A stretch of 64,000 bases of DNA, taken from contig OZ241865.1 of assembly GCA_965203275.1 (NCBI GenBank), forward strand, positions 928,001-992,000, in the 5' to 3' direction. Shown here one piece after another: positions 10,214 through 19,219 of this stretch. Made by a program: the position numbers and the translations under genes. Source of the DNA: Bdellovibrionales bacterium. GTDB lineage: Bacteria; Bdellovibrionota; Bdellovibrionia; Bdellovibrionales; JAUICD01. The notes beneath the pieces are model-generated. The model was not told the DNA's origin, ran no database searches, and saw only the letters and a list, made by a program, of their open reading frames with translations. The stretch's first letter is position 1. Each line of letters opens with the position of its first letter.

Positions 10214-11644
10214 TCACCTATTGCTTCTATAGAATTCTTGATGGTCAAAGCAAAGGGGGTGTAACTGACTAGGATTTTGAAAATCACAACCTCGACTTCT
10301 TACTATATTAAAACCTGTATTAAAATCATTCATTAACCTTAATATAATATGAAAATGCCGACGCTGATCTGGTAACAAAACTCTTGTAGGGTCTGCAACT
10401 TGTCTTTCTATTTCTACTTTTCTGTCTTCAAGTAATTTGAGAACTCGACTTAACCGAGCTTCTTTTAATTCTATTTGACTCAAATATTTCACACGACTAA
10501 GTAATCCATTTCCTTCTAAAGAGTTATTGCCTATAAAGTCTTTTTCACGAAAAAACTCTCTTAACCCTCTTATATCTCTCTCAAATAAAAGATGACGTAG
10601 ACGCTTAGGAGGATGAATTTCTAAGATATTTCTTAAGTCTTCAAGTTGCCTTTTGACAATCCAATAATCAATGACATAATAATCTAACTGTTTAGTAAAG
10701 CTTTCGGCTGTTTGACTCCACAAAATAGAATGAGGATTTGACTCTGATAGAAACTGTACATGATCTGCTTGATAAAGTAAATGCTGGTAATCTCTTAGTT
10801 TTCTTAACCAAAAAAGCTGATAGTTCAAAGAAAGTGCCTTAAGTCTTTGATTGGCATGAGCATCAAAGACATATTTTTGAGGTCCTTCATCGGGATAAGG
10901 TTCATTTACATTGACAGAGTTTTCATCTTCCATAATAAGGGAAGTTGCAATAAAAGTCGATACAGCACTGATCACAAGCAAAGTTTGCTCCTTAATCAAG
11001 CGAAGTATCATTTGTGTTACTTTGGCAAAGAGAATCTTCTCTAGTGCAACTGCAAATCCTCCATAACCTATCAGAGAAGAAACCATATTATTGAAAGAAA
11101 TATTATTTTGAATTTCTTGAGTTATTGTTTCTCTAGCTGTCGTTGCATGATCTAACCCCACAAATGCAACACAATCCTTTATAGCTTCTTGGAAACCATT
11201 TGACTCTAGTAAATATTTTGAGTAGAGAGTAGAAAAAAAGCCCTCATGTTTATATCCAAACATAAAGGCACTTCTAATAGTGCGAGCTTGCATCAAAAGC
11301 CATTGCTCTATAGCTTCTCTGTACATAGAATCTTGAAAATAAAAAAACTGATTGGATTGATTTTCATCTATTAAAGGTGAGACAACATGATGAGCGACAA
11401 TATTCCCAAACATGCGTATAGAATATTCCAACCTTTGAGAATGATATGGATTTTCATATTTCGTTTTGAGGATGTGACAGAGAAGGCTTGTTTGTCTATA
11501 AGCAGTACTCTCTATATAAGCTTTTAAATGGACATCTCTGATGATGTGTTCATCTTCTAGGTTTTGTGCTTGTGCTTGAGCTTGAGCTTGTGCTTGAGCA
11601 ACATGAGCAAATAATAAAAGTATAGTAATAAATATATTTTTCAT
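10214..11644 (-). CDS. Hypothetical exported protein
   Basis: 476-aa ORF, signal peptide followed by an (AQ)n tract. Confidence 0.6.
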   Translation of the reverse strand: MKNIFITILLLFAHVAQAQAQAQAQAQNLEDEHIIRDVHLKAYIESTAYRQTSLLCHILKTKYENPYHSQRLEYSIRMFGNIVAHHVVSPLIDENQSNQFFYFQDSMYREAIEQWLLMQARTIRSAFMFGYKHEGFFSTLYSKYLLESNGFQEAIKDCVAFVGLDHATTARETITQEIQNNISFNNMVSSLIGYGGFAVALEKILFAKVTQMILRLIKEQTLLVISAVSTFIATSLIMEDENSVNVNEPYPDEGPQKYVFDAHANQRLKALSLNYQLFWLRKLRDYQHLLYQADHVQFLSESNPHSILWSQTAESFTKQLDYYVIDYWIVKRQLEDLRNILEIHPPKRLRHLLFERDIRGLREFFREKDFIGNNSLEGNGLLSRVKYLSQIELKEARLSRVLKLLEDRKVEIERQVADPTRVLLPDQRRHFHIILRLMNDFNTGFNIVRSRGCDFQNPSQLHPLCFDHQEFYRSNR

Positions 11645-11817
11645 TTTAGGGATTGTATCTTATTTTTTAGAAAAAGTCAATATAAGATTTTGTTTCAAAA
11701 CATTATTTATGATCCATGATTATTGCATAATAGATGCTGGGTAGCATTTGTCAATTCTGTCAAATATTTGGTCATGTAATTTTTACAAAACCCAATGGAT
11801 TGGTGGAATAAGAGAGG

Positions 11818-12255
11818 TTACTTTGGGGTTTCAGTTTGGATTTTAAAAGCTAATGCGTCGTATTTCATTTGCTTAATGAGTGCTACTAGCCCATTGGCTC
11901 TCACTTGAGAAAGATGGGTGTTCAATCCCAGATCCTCTATAAAATGAGGGGATATGCTTAAAATATCTGAAGGTGTTTGTCCTGAATAAACTTTAAGCAA
12001 AATAGCAATCAACCCTTTGACAATCAGAGCGTCACTATCTGCTTGAAAATATAATTTAGGTGGATCAAAATGAGCCACAAGCCAGACTTTTGACTGACAT
12101 CCTTTTACAAGATATTTTTCTGTTTGATATTGAGGGGCTAAGGGTGCAAGGGCCTGACCCATTTGAATAATGAGTTTATATCTGTCTTGCCAATCTTCTA
12201 AAGACTGGAACTGCACAATCCAATCTTGTTGTTGCTTTCCATTGATTTTTCCCAC
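11818..12255 (-). CDS. sufE: SufE family Fe-S cluster assembly protein
   Basis: 'DWQDRYKLII', 'VKGCQSKVWL', 'ADSDALIVKGL', 'LSQVRANGL'. Confidence 0.93.
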   Translation of the reverse strand: MGKINGKQQQDWIVQFQSLEDWQDRYKLIIQMGQALAPLAPQYQTEKYLVKGCQSKVWLVAHFDPPKLYFQADSDALIVKGLIAILLKVYSGQTPSDILSISPHFIEDLGLNTHLSQVRANGLVALIKQMKYDALAFKIQTETPK

Positions 12256-12332
12256 ATTTACTCCTGTATTTAGTAATATTTTTAATTTTACATTTTAGTT
12301 ATTTTTTTTAACAAATCTGCCGAACAATAAAT

Positions 12333-12974
12333 ATGAGCAAATTATTAAGTGGTTTTTCACTTTTTGTTTTGGTATTTATTGTAGGTTTCTGGACTGTGAA
12401 ACCTCAAAGGATACCTCAACGTCAAATAGCTTCTATCCCTGAATATATCAATACAGATTATTCTTATCTTCTCAATGGTTCTTTTAAAAAAGCAGCTATG
12501 AGCAGACTTTTAAAAGATTCCTATATTACTGAAAAATCAGAAGACATTAACATCCATTTAGCACACTTTCGAATGAGAGTCGATGGACAAAATAACAGAA
12601 GTGCTTGTGAATATTTTAAAACTGTTCAAGTAAAATTTCAGGCTGAAGGCGTGGCTATTTCGGGTGAAAAGCCTTCATTGACTTTAGAAGTTCCTTGTGT
12701 GATAGGTCAAAATAATTATATGGAACCTTTAAAGATTCCGGCTCAAGAGCTTCTTAAAAGAGATTCTTTTTTAGGTAGTTCTATATATCAATATGATCAG
12801 ACAAAAATATCTATTTCTGATATGGATGGTTGGTCACCTTTTTGGTTAATGTCAGAAATGTCTCTCATACCTCAAAAAGAATCTGATCAAAAAATGAATA
12901 TTCAATTAGATCGGTTGCCATTGCAAAGCTCTCAAAAAAAATATGCCCATAAGCTAAATATGACTTTGTTTTAA
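12333..12974 (+). CDS. Hypothetical membrane-anchored protein
   Basis: 213-aa ORF, N-terminal TM followed by an 'RQIAS' motif and two Cys. Confidence 0.6.
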   Translation: MSKLLSGFSLFVLVFIVGFWTVKPQRIPQRQIASIPEYINTDYSYLLNGSFKKAAMSRLLKDSYITEKSEDINIHLAHFRMRVDGQNNRSACEYFKTVQVKFQAEGVAISGEKPSLTLEVPCVIGQNNYMEPLKIPAQELLKRDSFLGSSIYQYDQTKISISDMDGWSPFWLMSEMSLIPQKESDQKMNIQLDRLPLQSSQKKYAHKLNMTLF

Positions 12975-12983
12975 TGCATTTTT

Positions 12984-13125
12984 TTCACTCAAAATGAGCC
13001 ACACCTCTGTTTCCCTAAAATTGAACTAGCCTCTGGCTACTTTTGGACAGTTAGCCCGACGGCTTGTCGCCGTCGATCAAAGGCTAACTGCCAGAAAACA
13101 TGCCAGAGGTTTATTTTGAGTGAAA
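12984..13125. repeat. Element A, nested/fold-back composite
   Basis: TTCACTCAAAATGAGCCACACCTCTG joined to TTTCCCTAAAATTGAACTAGCCTCTGGCTA...; ends ATTTTGAGTGAAA. Confidence 0.85.
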
Positions 13126-13152
13126 TGTTAAGAAAGAGGTTAAATATAAGGC

Positions 13153-13377
13153 TTATAATTTTTGAAGGTTTAGTATTTCTTGTTTAGAAAGCCCTGTAGC
13201 TTTACAAATAGCTTGGATATCTATATTAGCCTTTAAAAGCTTAGACAGAATCTCCATCTTCCCTTCTTGCAAGCCTTCTTGCCTACCTTCTTGCCTACCT
13301 TCTTGCCTACCTTTTTGTAAGCCTTTTTGCAAACCCCTAAACTCAGCCTCTTCTGAGAAACTTCTTATTCTGTGCAT
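13153..13377 (-). CDS. Rpn family C-terminal small ORF (RpnS-like)
   Basis: (EGRQ)n repeats plus helical 'LLKANIDIQAICKATGLSKQEI'; AAGGAG RBS upstream. Confidence 0.65.
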   Translation of the reverse strand: MHRIRSFSEEAEFRGLQKGLQKGRQEGRQEGRQEGLQEGKMEILSKLLKANIDIQAICKATGLSKQEILNLQKL

Positions 13378-13400
13378 AAAACGAACTCCTTCTGGTTCTG

Positions 13401-13552
13401 TTTCACTAAAAGTGGTCTAGCCTCTGGCTACTTTTGGGCAATGACCGCAAAGGCTTTCGCCTTTGACAAAATGGTCATTGCCTCAAAAGCCTGACCACTT
13501 TTAGTAGGGAGGATCTCCTTGTCTCTTAACACGATGTTAAGGAAAAAGATTT
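13401..13552. repeat. Element A, full copy inserted in the Rpn pseudogene
   Basis: ACTAAAAGTGGTC/GACCACTTTTAGT outer stem; TAGCC-TCT-GGCTA; GGCAATGACC/GGTCATTGCC; CAAAGGC-TTTC-GCCTTTG; TTAAC..GTTAA tail. Confidence 0.9.
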
Positions 13553-13637
13553 CCTTTTGATGCCGGACTGCCGGATCCCAGATGAATATCATGAGAAAAC
13601 AAGGTGTTTGCTTCATCCTTGCCTGTTTGCCGGATAT

Positions 13638-13958
13638 CTATAAACACCATATTAAGGAAACAAGACTTTCACTTGACTTCTGATCTTGACCTTTCTTTAA
13701 AGACCATATCTGTTGAAAGGTCCATAATGAAGGTCGAATCACATTATCTTTTACATCTTTAAGAATATCACAGTCCTTCAAATTATACAAGATATACTCA
13801 AAATTCGATACGTTTTTTCCAAAAATATCTGCAAATTCCTTTGGAAAGCAACTCGTAGCCCTTAAATGGTCATGGAAAGTCAAGGCTGGCTTCCGTCCTT
13901 CTCGCCATGATAAAATACAATCGGTATAATTGGACAACGATAAATATTATACAGATTT
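13638..13958 (-). pseudogene. Rpn family (Transposase_31) nuclease fragment, frameshifted and cut off by element A copies
   Basis: Alternate frame gives 'NLYNIYRCPIIPIVFYHGEK' (PxxPxVxYHG hallmark), then shifts into 'FGKNVSNFEYILYNL'; N-terminus absent. Confidence 0.7.
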
Positions 13959-13959
13959 G

Positions 13960-14105
13960 TTTCACTAAAAGTAAACTGACCTCTGGCTACTTTTGGACAT
14001 TGCTCTGACAGCTATCGCTGTCTAAAAAGAGCAATGTCTCAAAAGTCCGTTTACTTTTAGTAGGAAGGATCTCATCGTCTCTTAACCACATGTTAAGGAA
14101 AAAGT
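13960..14105. repeat. Element A, full copy
   Basis: ACTAAAAGTAAAC/GTTTACTTTTAGT; GACATTGCTCT/AGAGCAATGTC; GACAGC-TATC-GCTGTC. Confidence 0.9.
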
Positions 14106-14154
14106 TCTTTCTGATCCCGGGTTGCCGGATCCCGGAAAAGATCAAATTTGACTT

Positions 14155-14256
14155 TAAGTGTTTTTACACAACTTGTATAAAAAAGCTCCTAATTTATCAG
14201 CTTGTTTTGCTAATTCCATACAACCAACAAATTCTAGATCCAATATTGCTTGAACT
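14155..14256 (-). pseudogene. Possible C-terminal remnant of a four-helix-bundle protein
   Basis: Manual translation 'VQAILDLEFVGCMELAKQADKLGAFLYKLCKNT*', truncated at its 5' side by element A. Confidence 0.35.
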
Positions 14257-14257
14257 G

Positions 14258-14560
14258 TTTCACTAAAAGTAAACTAGCCTCTGGCTACTTTTGGGCATTG
14301 CTCTGACAGCTATCGCTGTCTAAAAAGAGCAATGCCTCAAAAGTCTGTTTACTTTTAGTAGGGAGGATCCTTTCGTTTTTTGACTACATGTTAAGGAAAA
14401 AGTTCCTTCCGATATCCATTTGCCGGATCCCGGATCCCAGATCCCGGATAAATACGATGTTAAGGAAACAAGCTATTTATTTCACCCCGGGACCTGACTG
14501 CCGGGTTGCCGGATCCCGGGATCCCAGATCCCGGATAAACACCATGTTAAGGGAAAAATG
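14258..14560. repeat. Element A full copy, extra tail modules and GGATCC(C) heptamers
   Basis: Same helices as the 13960 copy, then CCGGATCCCGGATCCCAGATCC tracts and repeated ATGTTAAGGAAA. Confidence 0.85.
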
Positions 14561-14651
14561 TCTTTGTTTTCAGATATATATATTTTTCTTTTATTTTTTT
14601 TTAGAAACTCAAACTTTTGTCCGATAAAGATCACGTGAAAGGAGATATAAA

Positions 14652-17558
14652 ATGTCTGAAAATTTCTTTATTACAAAAGTAAAGCCCTCAAAACCGCATA
14701 AACTGCATAAAACTAGGCAGAGGGGCAAAGCTCTTTTCTTTCCAAAGCTTTCCAAAGGATTAGTTTTATTTGCTCTGTTGTGTTTAATAGGGTGCAGTTC
14801 AAATGATCAATCAGCCAGTCCACCTCCTGGTCGCGATCGCATCAATCCTCCAGCAAATCCAAGCCCTACACCTAGGCCTAGCCCAAGTCCTAGTCCGACT
14901 CCAAGATCAAGCCCAAGACCAACTACAACTCCTGTTCCTGTAACAAAGACTCCTTCAGAGAAGTTAATCAAAGCAAGTGAAGATGGTGAAATAGCAGAAG
15001 TAAGGAGGCTCATAGAATCTGAAACTGACGTGAATGCAAGGGATCATAATAGGCGTACATCCTTGATATTGGCTAGCAAAAATGGTCATACGGCAGTCGT
15101 TAGGGCTTTGATAGCAGCCAACGCTGATGTCGATATTCAAGATAGGTTTGGAGATACAGCTTTGATGTATGCCAGTGCTAATAACCACATAGCAACAGTC
15201 AATGCCCTGATAACAGCCAATGCCAATGTCGATCATCAAGACAATAATGGCAAGACAGCTTTGATATCCGCCAGTGCAAAGGGTCATACGAGAATAGTCA
15301 ATGCTTTGATAACAGCTAGGGCAAACGTCAAAACTCAAGATATTAGAGGATATACAGCCTTGATGTATGCCAGACAAAATAGACATGAACAAGTCGAAGA
15401 AGTGTTGCAAAGAGCTGGTGCATCAGATTCAGCTATCATTGAAGCAAGTAAGAGTAATAACCTAGCAAGAGTCAAGGTCTTTATAGCCAATAGAGCTGAT
15501 GTCAATGTGAAAGATGGAGATGGCAAAACAGCCTTGATATGGGCCAGTGAAAAAGGTTACACAGCAATAGTAGTTGCTCTGATTGTAGCAAGGGCAGATG
15601 TCAACATCCAAGACACTAATGGTAAGACAGCTTTGATGCATGCTAGAGAAAAGGGACATACACAAATCGAGGAGGCATTGCGGATAGCTGGAGCTGTAGA
15701 TTTGGCTATCATCGAAGCAAGTGAAAATAGTAACTTAGCAAGGGTCAGAGAATTAATAGCAAATGGTGCTAATGTCAATATTCAAGACAATGCAGGTAAG
15801 ACAGCTTTAATATGGGCCAGTGATAATGGCCATGACACAATAGTGGCTATTTTGATAGCAGCAAGGGCAAATGCCGGCATCCGAGATCGTGTAGGCAAGA
15901 CAGCTTTGATATATGCAAGTACTAAAGGGCATGAGGAAATAGTAAGAAGGCTTATAGCAAGTGATTCTGGACCCAGTATTCAAAACAATGCGGGTCTTAA
16001 TATTCGAGACAATACTGGCCAGACAGCTTTGATATGGGCCAGTAAAAATGGCCATGAAATAATAGTCAATATATTAATAGCAGCAGGCAATACTGAGCTT
16101 GATATTAAAGACAATGCAGGCAAGACGGCTTTGATCTATGCAAGTACCAACGGCCATGTTGCAATAGTCAGAGAGCTTATAACAGCCGAGGCCGATGTTA
16201 GTATTCAAGACAATGAACGTCAAACAGCCTTAATATCAGCTACTAAGCAAAAATACACTGACACAGCAAGAATAACTAAGCAAGAATTAATAGTCAAGGC
16301 ACTTATAAACGCTGAAGCTGATCTCGATATTCAAGACAATAATGGCAAAACAGCTTTAATATATGCAAGTACTCATGGCGACACATACATTAAAATAGTA
16401 AATAGCCTGATAGAAGCCGATGCTAACGTCGATATCCAAGACGATACTGGTAAAACGGCTTTGAATCACGCCAGAGACAATAGCCATGAACAAGTCAAGG
16501 CGGCATTAGAAAGAGCTGGTGCATCGGATTTAGCTATCATCGAAGCAAGTAAGAGGGATGATGTAGCAACAGTCAACAGTTTAATAGCCGCCGGCAATGT
16601 TGATGTTAATGTTCAAGATTCTAATGGCAAGACAGCCTTGATCTGGGCCAGTGAAGAAGGTCACACAGCAATAGTGAATGCTCTGATCAGAGCCAATGCC
16701 AATGTCAACATTCGAGACAATGATGGCAAGACGGCTTTGATACATGCAAGTACGGAGGGCCATATTGCAGTCGTCAGAGAGCTGATCAGAGCCAGTGCTA
16801 ATGTCAATACTCGAGACAACGATGGCAACACAGCTTTAATATCGGCTACTAAGGAAAAACACACTGACAGTAGCAGTGACAAAAGGAAAACAAGGCATGA
16901 ATTGATTGTCGATGCACTTATAGCTGTTGATGGTGTTAATCTCGATATTCGAGACAAAGATGGTAAAACAGCTTTGATACATGCAAGTACTCACGGCGAC
17001 GATTACATTAAAATAGTCAATGCCCTGATAAGAGCCGATGCCAATATGAATATCCGAGACAATGATGGCAAGGCAGCTCTGCACTATGCAACTATCAATA
17101 ACCAAAACGATAGCCACGATAAGATAATCAAAGCCCTTTCAGGAGCTACTGGTGCCGACATCAACATTAAGAACAATGATGGAGTGACTCCTTTAATGCT
17201 TGCCAGTTGGAAAGGTTTATTAGATGTAGTCAAAAGACTGATAGCTCTCGATGCTGATATCGACGCTCAAGACGATGAGGGCAAGACGGCTTTGATGTGG
17301 TTTATCGATCAAACACCTTTACCTGGCATTACTATTACTCCACCTTCTGATCCACCTGATTTACCTGGTGATCAAGTGAAAATGGTAGATGCTCTGATAA
17401 AAGGCAAAGACAGCACAGTTAATACAGCAGATGATGCTGATGTATGTATCACAGATAATGATGACAATACAGCCCTACACTACGCAAATGAACATGGACA
17501 CGGACATATAGCCCTTAAACTTATTGAAAAAGGCAGTGAAAGATGTGCTAATCCCTAA
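14652..17558 (+). CDS. Large ankyrin-repeat lipoprotein with Pro/Ser/Thr-rich linker
   Basis: Lipobox-like 'LIGC', PxP linker, roughly 20 'G.TALI.AS..GH..IV..LI.A.A.VN' repeats; RBS AAGGAG. Confidence 0.92.
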   Translation: MSENFFITKVKPSKPHKLHKTRQRGKALFFPKLSKGLVLFALLCLIGCSSNDQSASPPPGRDRINPPANPSPTPRPSPSPSPTPRSSPRPTTTPVPVTKTPSEKLIKASEDGEIAEVRRLIESETDVNARDHNRRTSLILASKNGHTAVVRALIAANADVDIQDRFGDTALMYASANNHIATVNALITANANVDHQDNNGKTALISASAKGHTRIVNALITARANVKTQDIRGYTALMYARQNRHEQVEEVLQRAGASDSAIIEASKSNNLARVKVFIANRADVNVKDGDGKTALIWASEKGYTAIVVALIVARADVNIQDTNGKTALMHAREKGHTQIEEALRIAGAVDLAIIEASENSNLARVRELIANGANVNIQDNAGKTALIWASDNGHDTIVAILIAARANAGIRDRVGKTALIYASTKGHEEIVRRLIASDSGPSIQNNAGLNIRDNTGQTALIWASKNGHEIIVNILIAAGNTELDIKDNAGKTALIYASTNGHVAIVRELITAEADVSIQDNERQTALISATKQKYTDTARITKQELIVKALINAEADLDIQDNNGKTALIYASTHGDTYIKIVNSLIEADANVDIQDDTGKTALNHARDNSHEQVKAALERAGASDLAIIEASKRDDVATVNSLIAAGNVDVNVQDSNGKTALIWASEEGHTAIVNALIRANANVNIRDNDGKTALIHASTEGHIAVVRELIRASANVNTRDNDGNTALISATKEKHTDSSSDKRKTRHELIVDALIAVDGVNLDIRDKDGKTALIHASTHGDDYIKIVNALIRADANMNIRDNDGKAALHYATINNQNDSHDKIIKALSGATGADINIKNNDGVTPLMLASWKGLLDVVKRLIALDADIDAQDDEGKTALMWFIDQTPLPGITITPPSDPPDLPGDQVKMVDALIKGKDSTVNTADDADVCITDNDDNTALHYANEHGHGHIALKLIEKGSERCANP

Positions 17559-17599
17559 AAGCTGTAATGCAAGGATATGACCTTGGCCTACACCTTGCT

Positions 17600-18004
17600 G
17601 TTAAGAAACGAAAGGATCCTTCCTACTCAAAGTGAACAGGCTTTCTAGGCGATGACCATTTTATCGACGGCGACAACCAAAAGGCGTAAAATAGGACTTT
17701 TTCCTTAACATGTAGTAAAAAGATGAAGAGATCCTCCTTACTAAAAGTAAACGGACTTTTGAGGTAGCCAGCCTTTGATCGAGGGCGGTAGCCGTCGGGC
17801 TGGCTACCCAAAAGTGACTAGAGGTCAGTTTACTTTTAGTGAAAATCAAATGAGACAATGACCATTTTGTCAAAGGCGAAAGCCTTTGCGGTCATTGTCC
17901 AAAAGTGGCCAGAGGCCAGTTCACTTTGAGTGAAACAGAGGCTAGACCACTTTTAGTGAGCCAATGCCCAAAAGTGGCTAGAGGCCAGTTCAATTTTAGG
18001 GAAA
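17600..18004. repeat. Cluster of element A copies (full, partial and nested)
   Basis: Several CCAGAGG hairpins and ACTTTTAGTGAAA ends; junction GTGAAA|CAGAGG near 17935. Confidence 0.85.
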
Positions 18005-19078
18005 CGACTGGCGAATTTTTTTGATTTCTGCCTCTGATAAGCCAGTGATCTCACAGATATCTTGTAATTTTGCATTTCTCTTAATTAGTTTAAGTGCAAT
18101 TTCTTTTTGTTTCTTCTCAATACCCTTCTTAAAACCCTTCTCAATACCTTCTTCACGACCCTTCTCAATACCCTTCTTAATACCCTTCTCAATACCTTTT
18201 TCAATACCCTTCTCAATACCTTCTTCACGACCCTTCTCAATACCTTCCTCACGACCTTTTTCAATACCCTTCTTAAAACCCTTCTCAAGACCTTCCTCAC
18301 GACCCTCGTCACGAACAAATTCTTCTCTGTCTACTTGATCCCTCCTAGCTCTCTCTTTCACCATATCAAGCTCTTGTAATGTCTCATCTTTTGATAATAT
18401 CCATAAATGCTCAGCTGCTTCTGCCATGATTCCTCCTTTATCTTTGAAATACAAATATTCCTTTTGGTCCATCTGACCCGACCTCTTTAAAAAATAACAC
18501 CAATTCTCTTTTATGTCAATTAATTCTCCTAATTGGGACTGAAATTTATCTAATTCCACTATCACAAAACTCATACCCCGTGACATCACTACTTCTGGAT
18601 GCCCTATCCGACGAATATTGCAAACATGGTAATAGTCCTTTATTCCTTCAAATTCTTTTAAATTTACAGTTGTGAAAACCAATGAATACACGGGAAGTAA
18701 CTTATCAATATTCTCCCCTTTCCTAATCTGACCTGAATAGAGCCGAGATAAATACATCAGTAACCTATCCGTAAAATGCTTTTGAGCTGTCGTTTGAACT
18801 TCTACATTCGCAGTCTCTGTATTTTGAAGAATACCATTAATCCTTCTTCTTAACTGTACTCGCAAATCTAAAACAAAAAATTTATACTCCTCTGGGAATT
18901 TATCCGATGGAAGTTCTGTATTTAATATATGGATGTCTTCTATTACAGAACCCTCTGGCAATGGAAGAAAATTCTCCATTATTGAAATCAAAAGCTTTTT
19001 CTTCTTTGTAAAGAATGCCTTAAAATTACGATCCTGTGTTAAACTTAAATTCTTGCTTGGTTTTTTCATCTTGTACAC
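17996..19078 (-). CDS. Rpn family PD-(D/E)XK nuclease (PDDEXK_2) with 12-bp C-terminal repeats
   Basis: 'DRNFKAFF', 'LDLRV', 'NVEVQ', 'DRLLMYLSRLYSGQ', 'VELDKF', (EGIE/KGIE)n tract, helical tail; GTG start with GAGG. Confidence 0.9.
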   Translation of the reverse strand: MYKMKKPSKNLSLTQDRNFKAFFTKKKKLLISIMENFLPLPEGSVIEDIHILNTELPSDKFPEEYKFFVLDLRVQLRRRINGILQNTETANVEVQTTAQKHFTDRLLMYLSRLYSGQIRKGENIDKLLPVYSLVFTTVNLKEFEGIKDYYHVCNIRRIGHPEVVMSRGMSFVIVELDKFQSQLGELIDIKENWCYFLKRSGQMDQKEYLYFKDKGGIMAEAAEHLWILSKDETLQELDMVKERARRDQVDREEFVRDEGREEGLEKGFKKGIEKGREEGIEKGREEGIEKGIEKGIEKGIKKGIEKGREEGIEKGFKKGIEKKQKEIALKLIKRNAKLQDICEITGLSEAEIKKIRQSFP

Positions 19079-19219
19079 CTCATTCTTGTTATCTTAAGTT
19101 TAATAGTAAAAAATCATTTAAGTCAAATATACTTTGTTTGTCATAACATTTGACTGACTTATAACTGTTCTAAGAATGATATGTATTATTGTGTGACCTT
19201 CTCTACAAAGATCATCCTT

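Noticed and set aside
13428..13616. Short ORFs over element A and heptamer tracts (also 14388, 17623, 17661, 37639, 42299, 51520, 56351, 56357 and the 5' part of 56382)
   Set aside because: Translations of repeat DNA (RIPDP/GSGIWD-type peptides) with no RBS or domain motifs.
14807..18379. Antisense and alternate-frame ORFs within the ankyrin and Rpn genes (likewise 43975, 44010, 51072, 19700, 21011, 21283)
   Set aside because: By-products of repetitive coding sequence on the real strand.
17996..19078. Rpn gene as the transposase mobilising element A
   Set aside because: Despite the legacy 'putative transposase' label, Rpn proteins are not demonstrated transposases, and here they are targets of the element.
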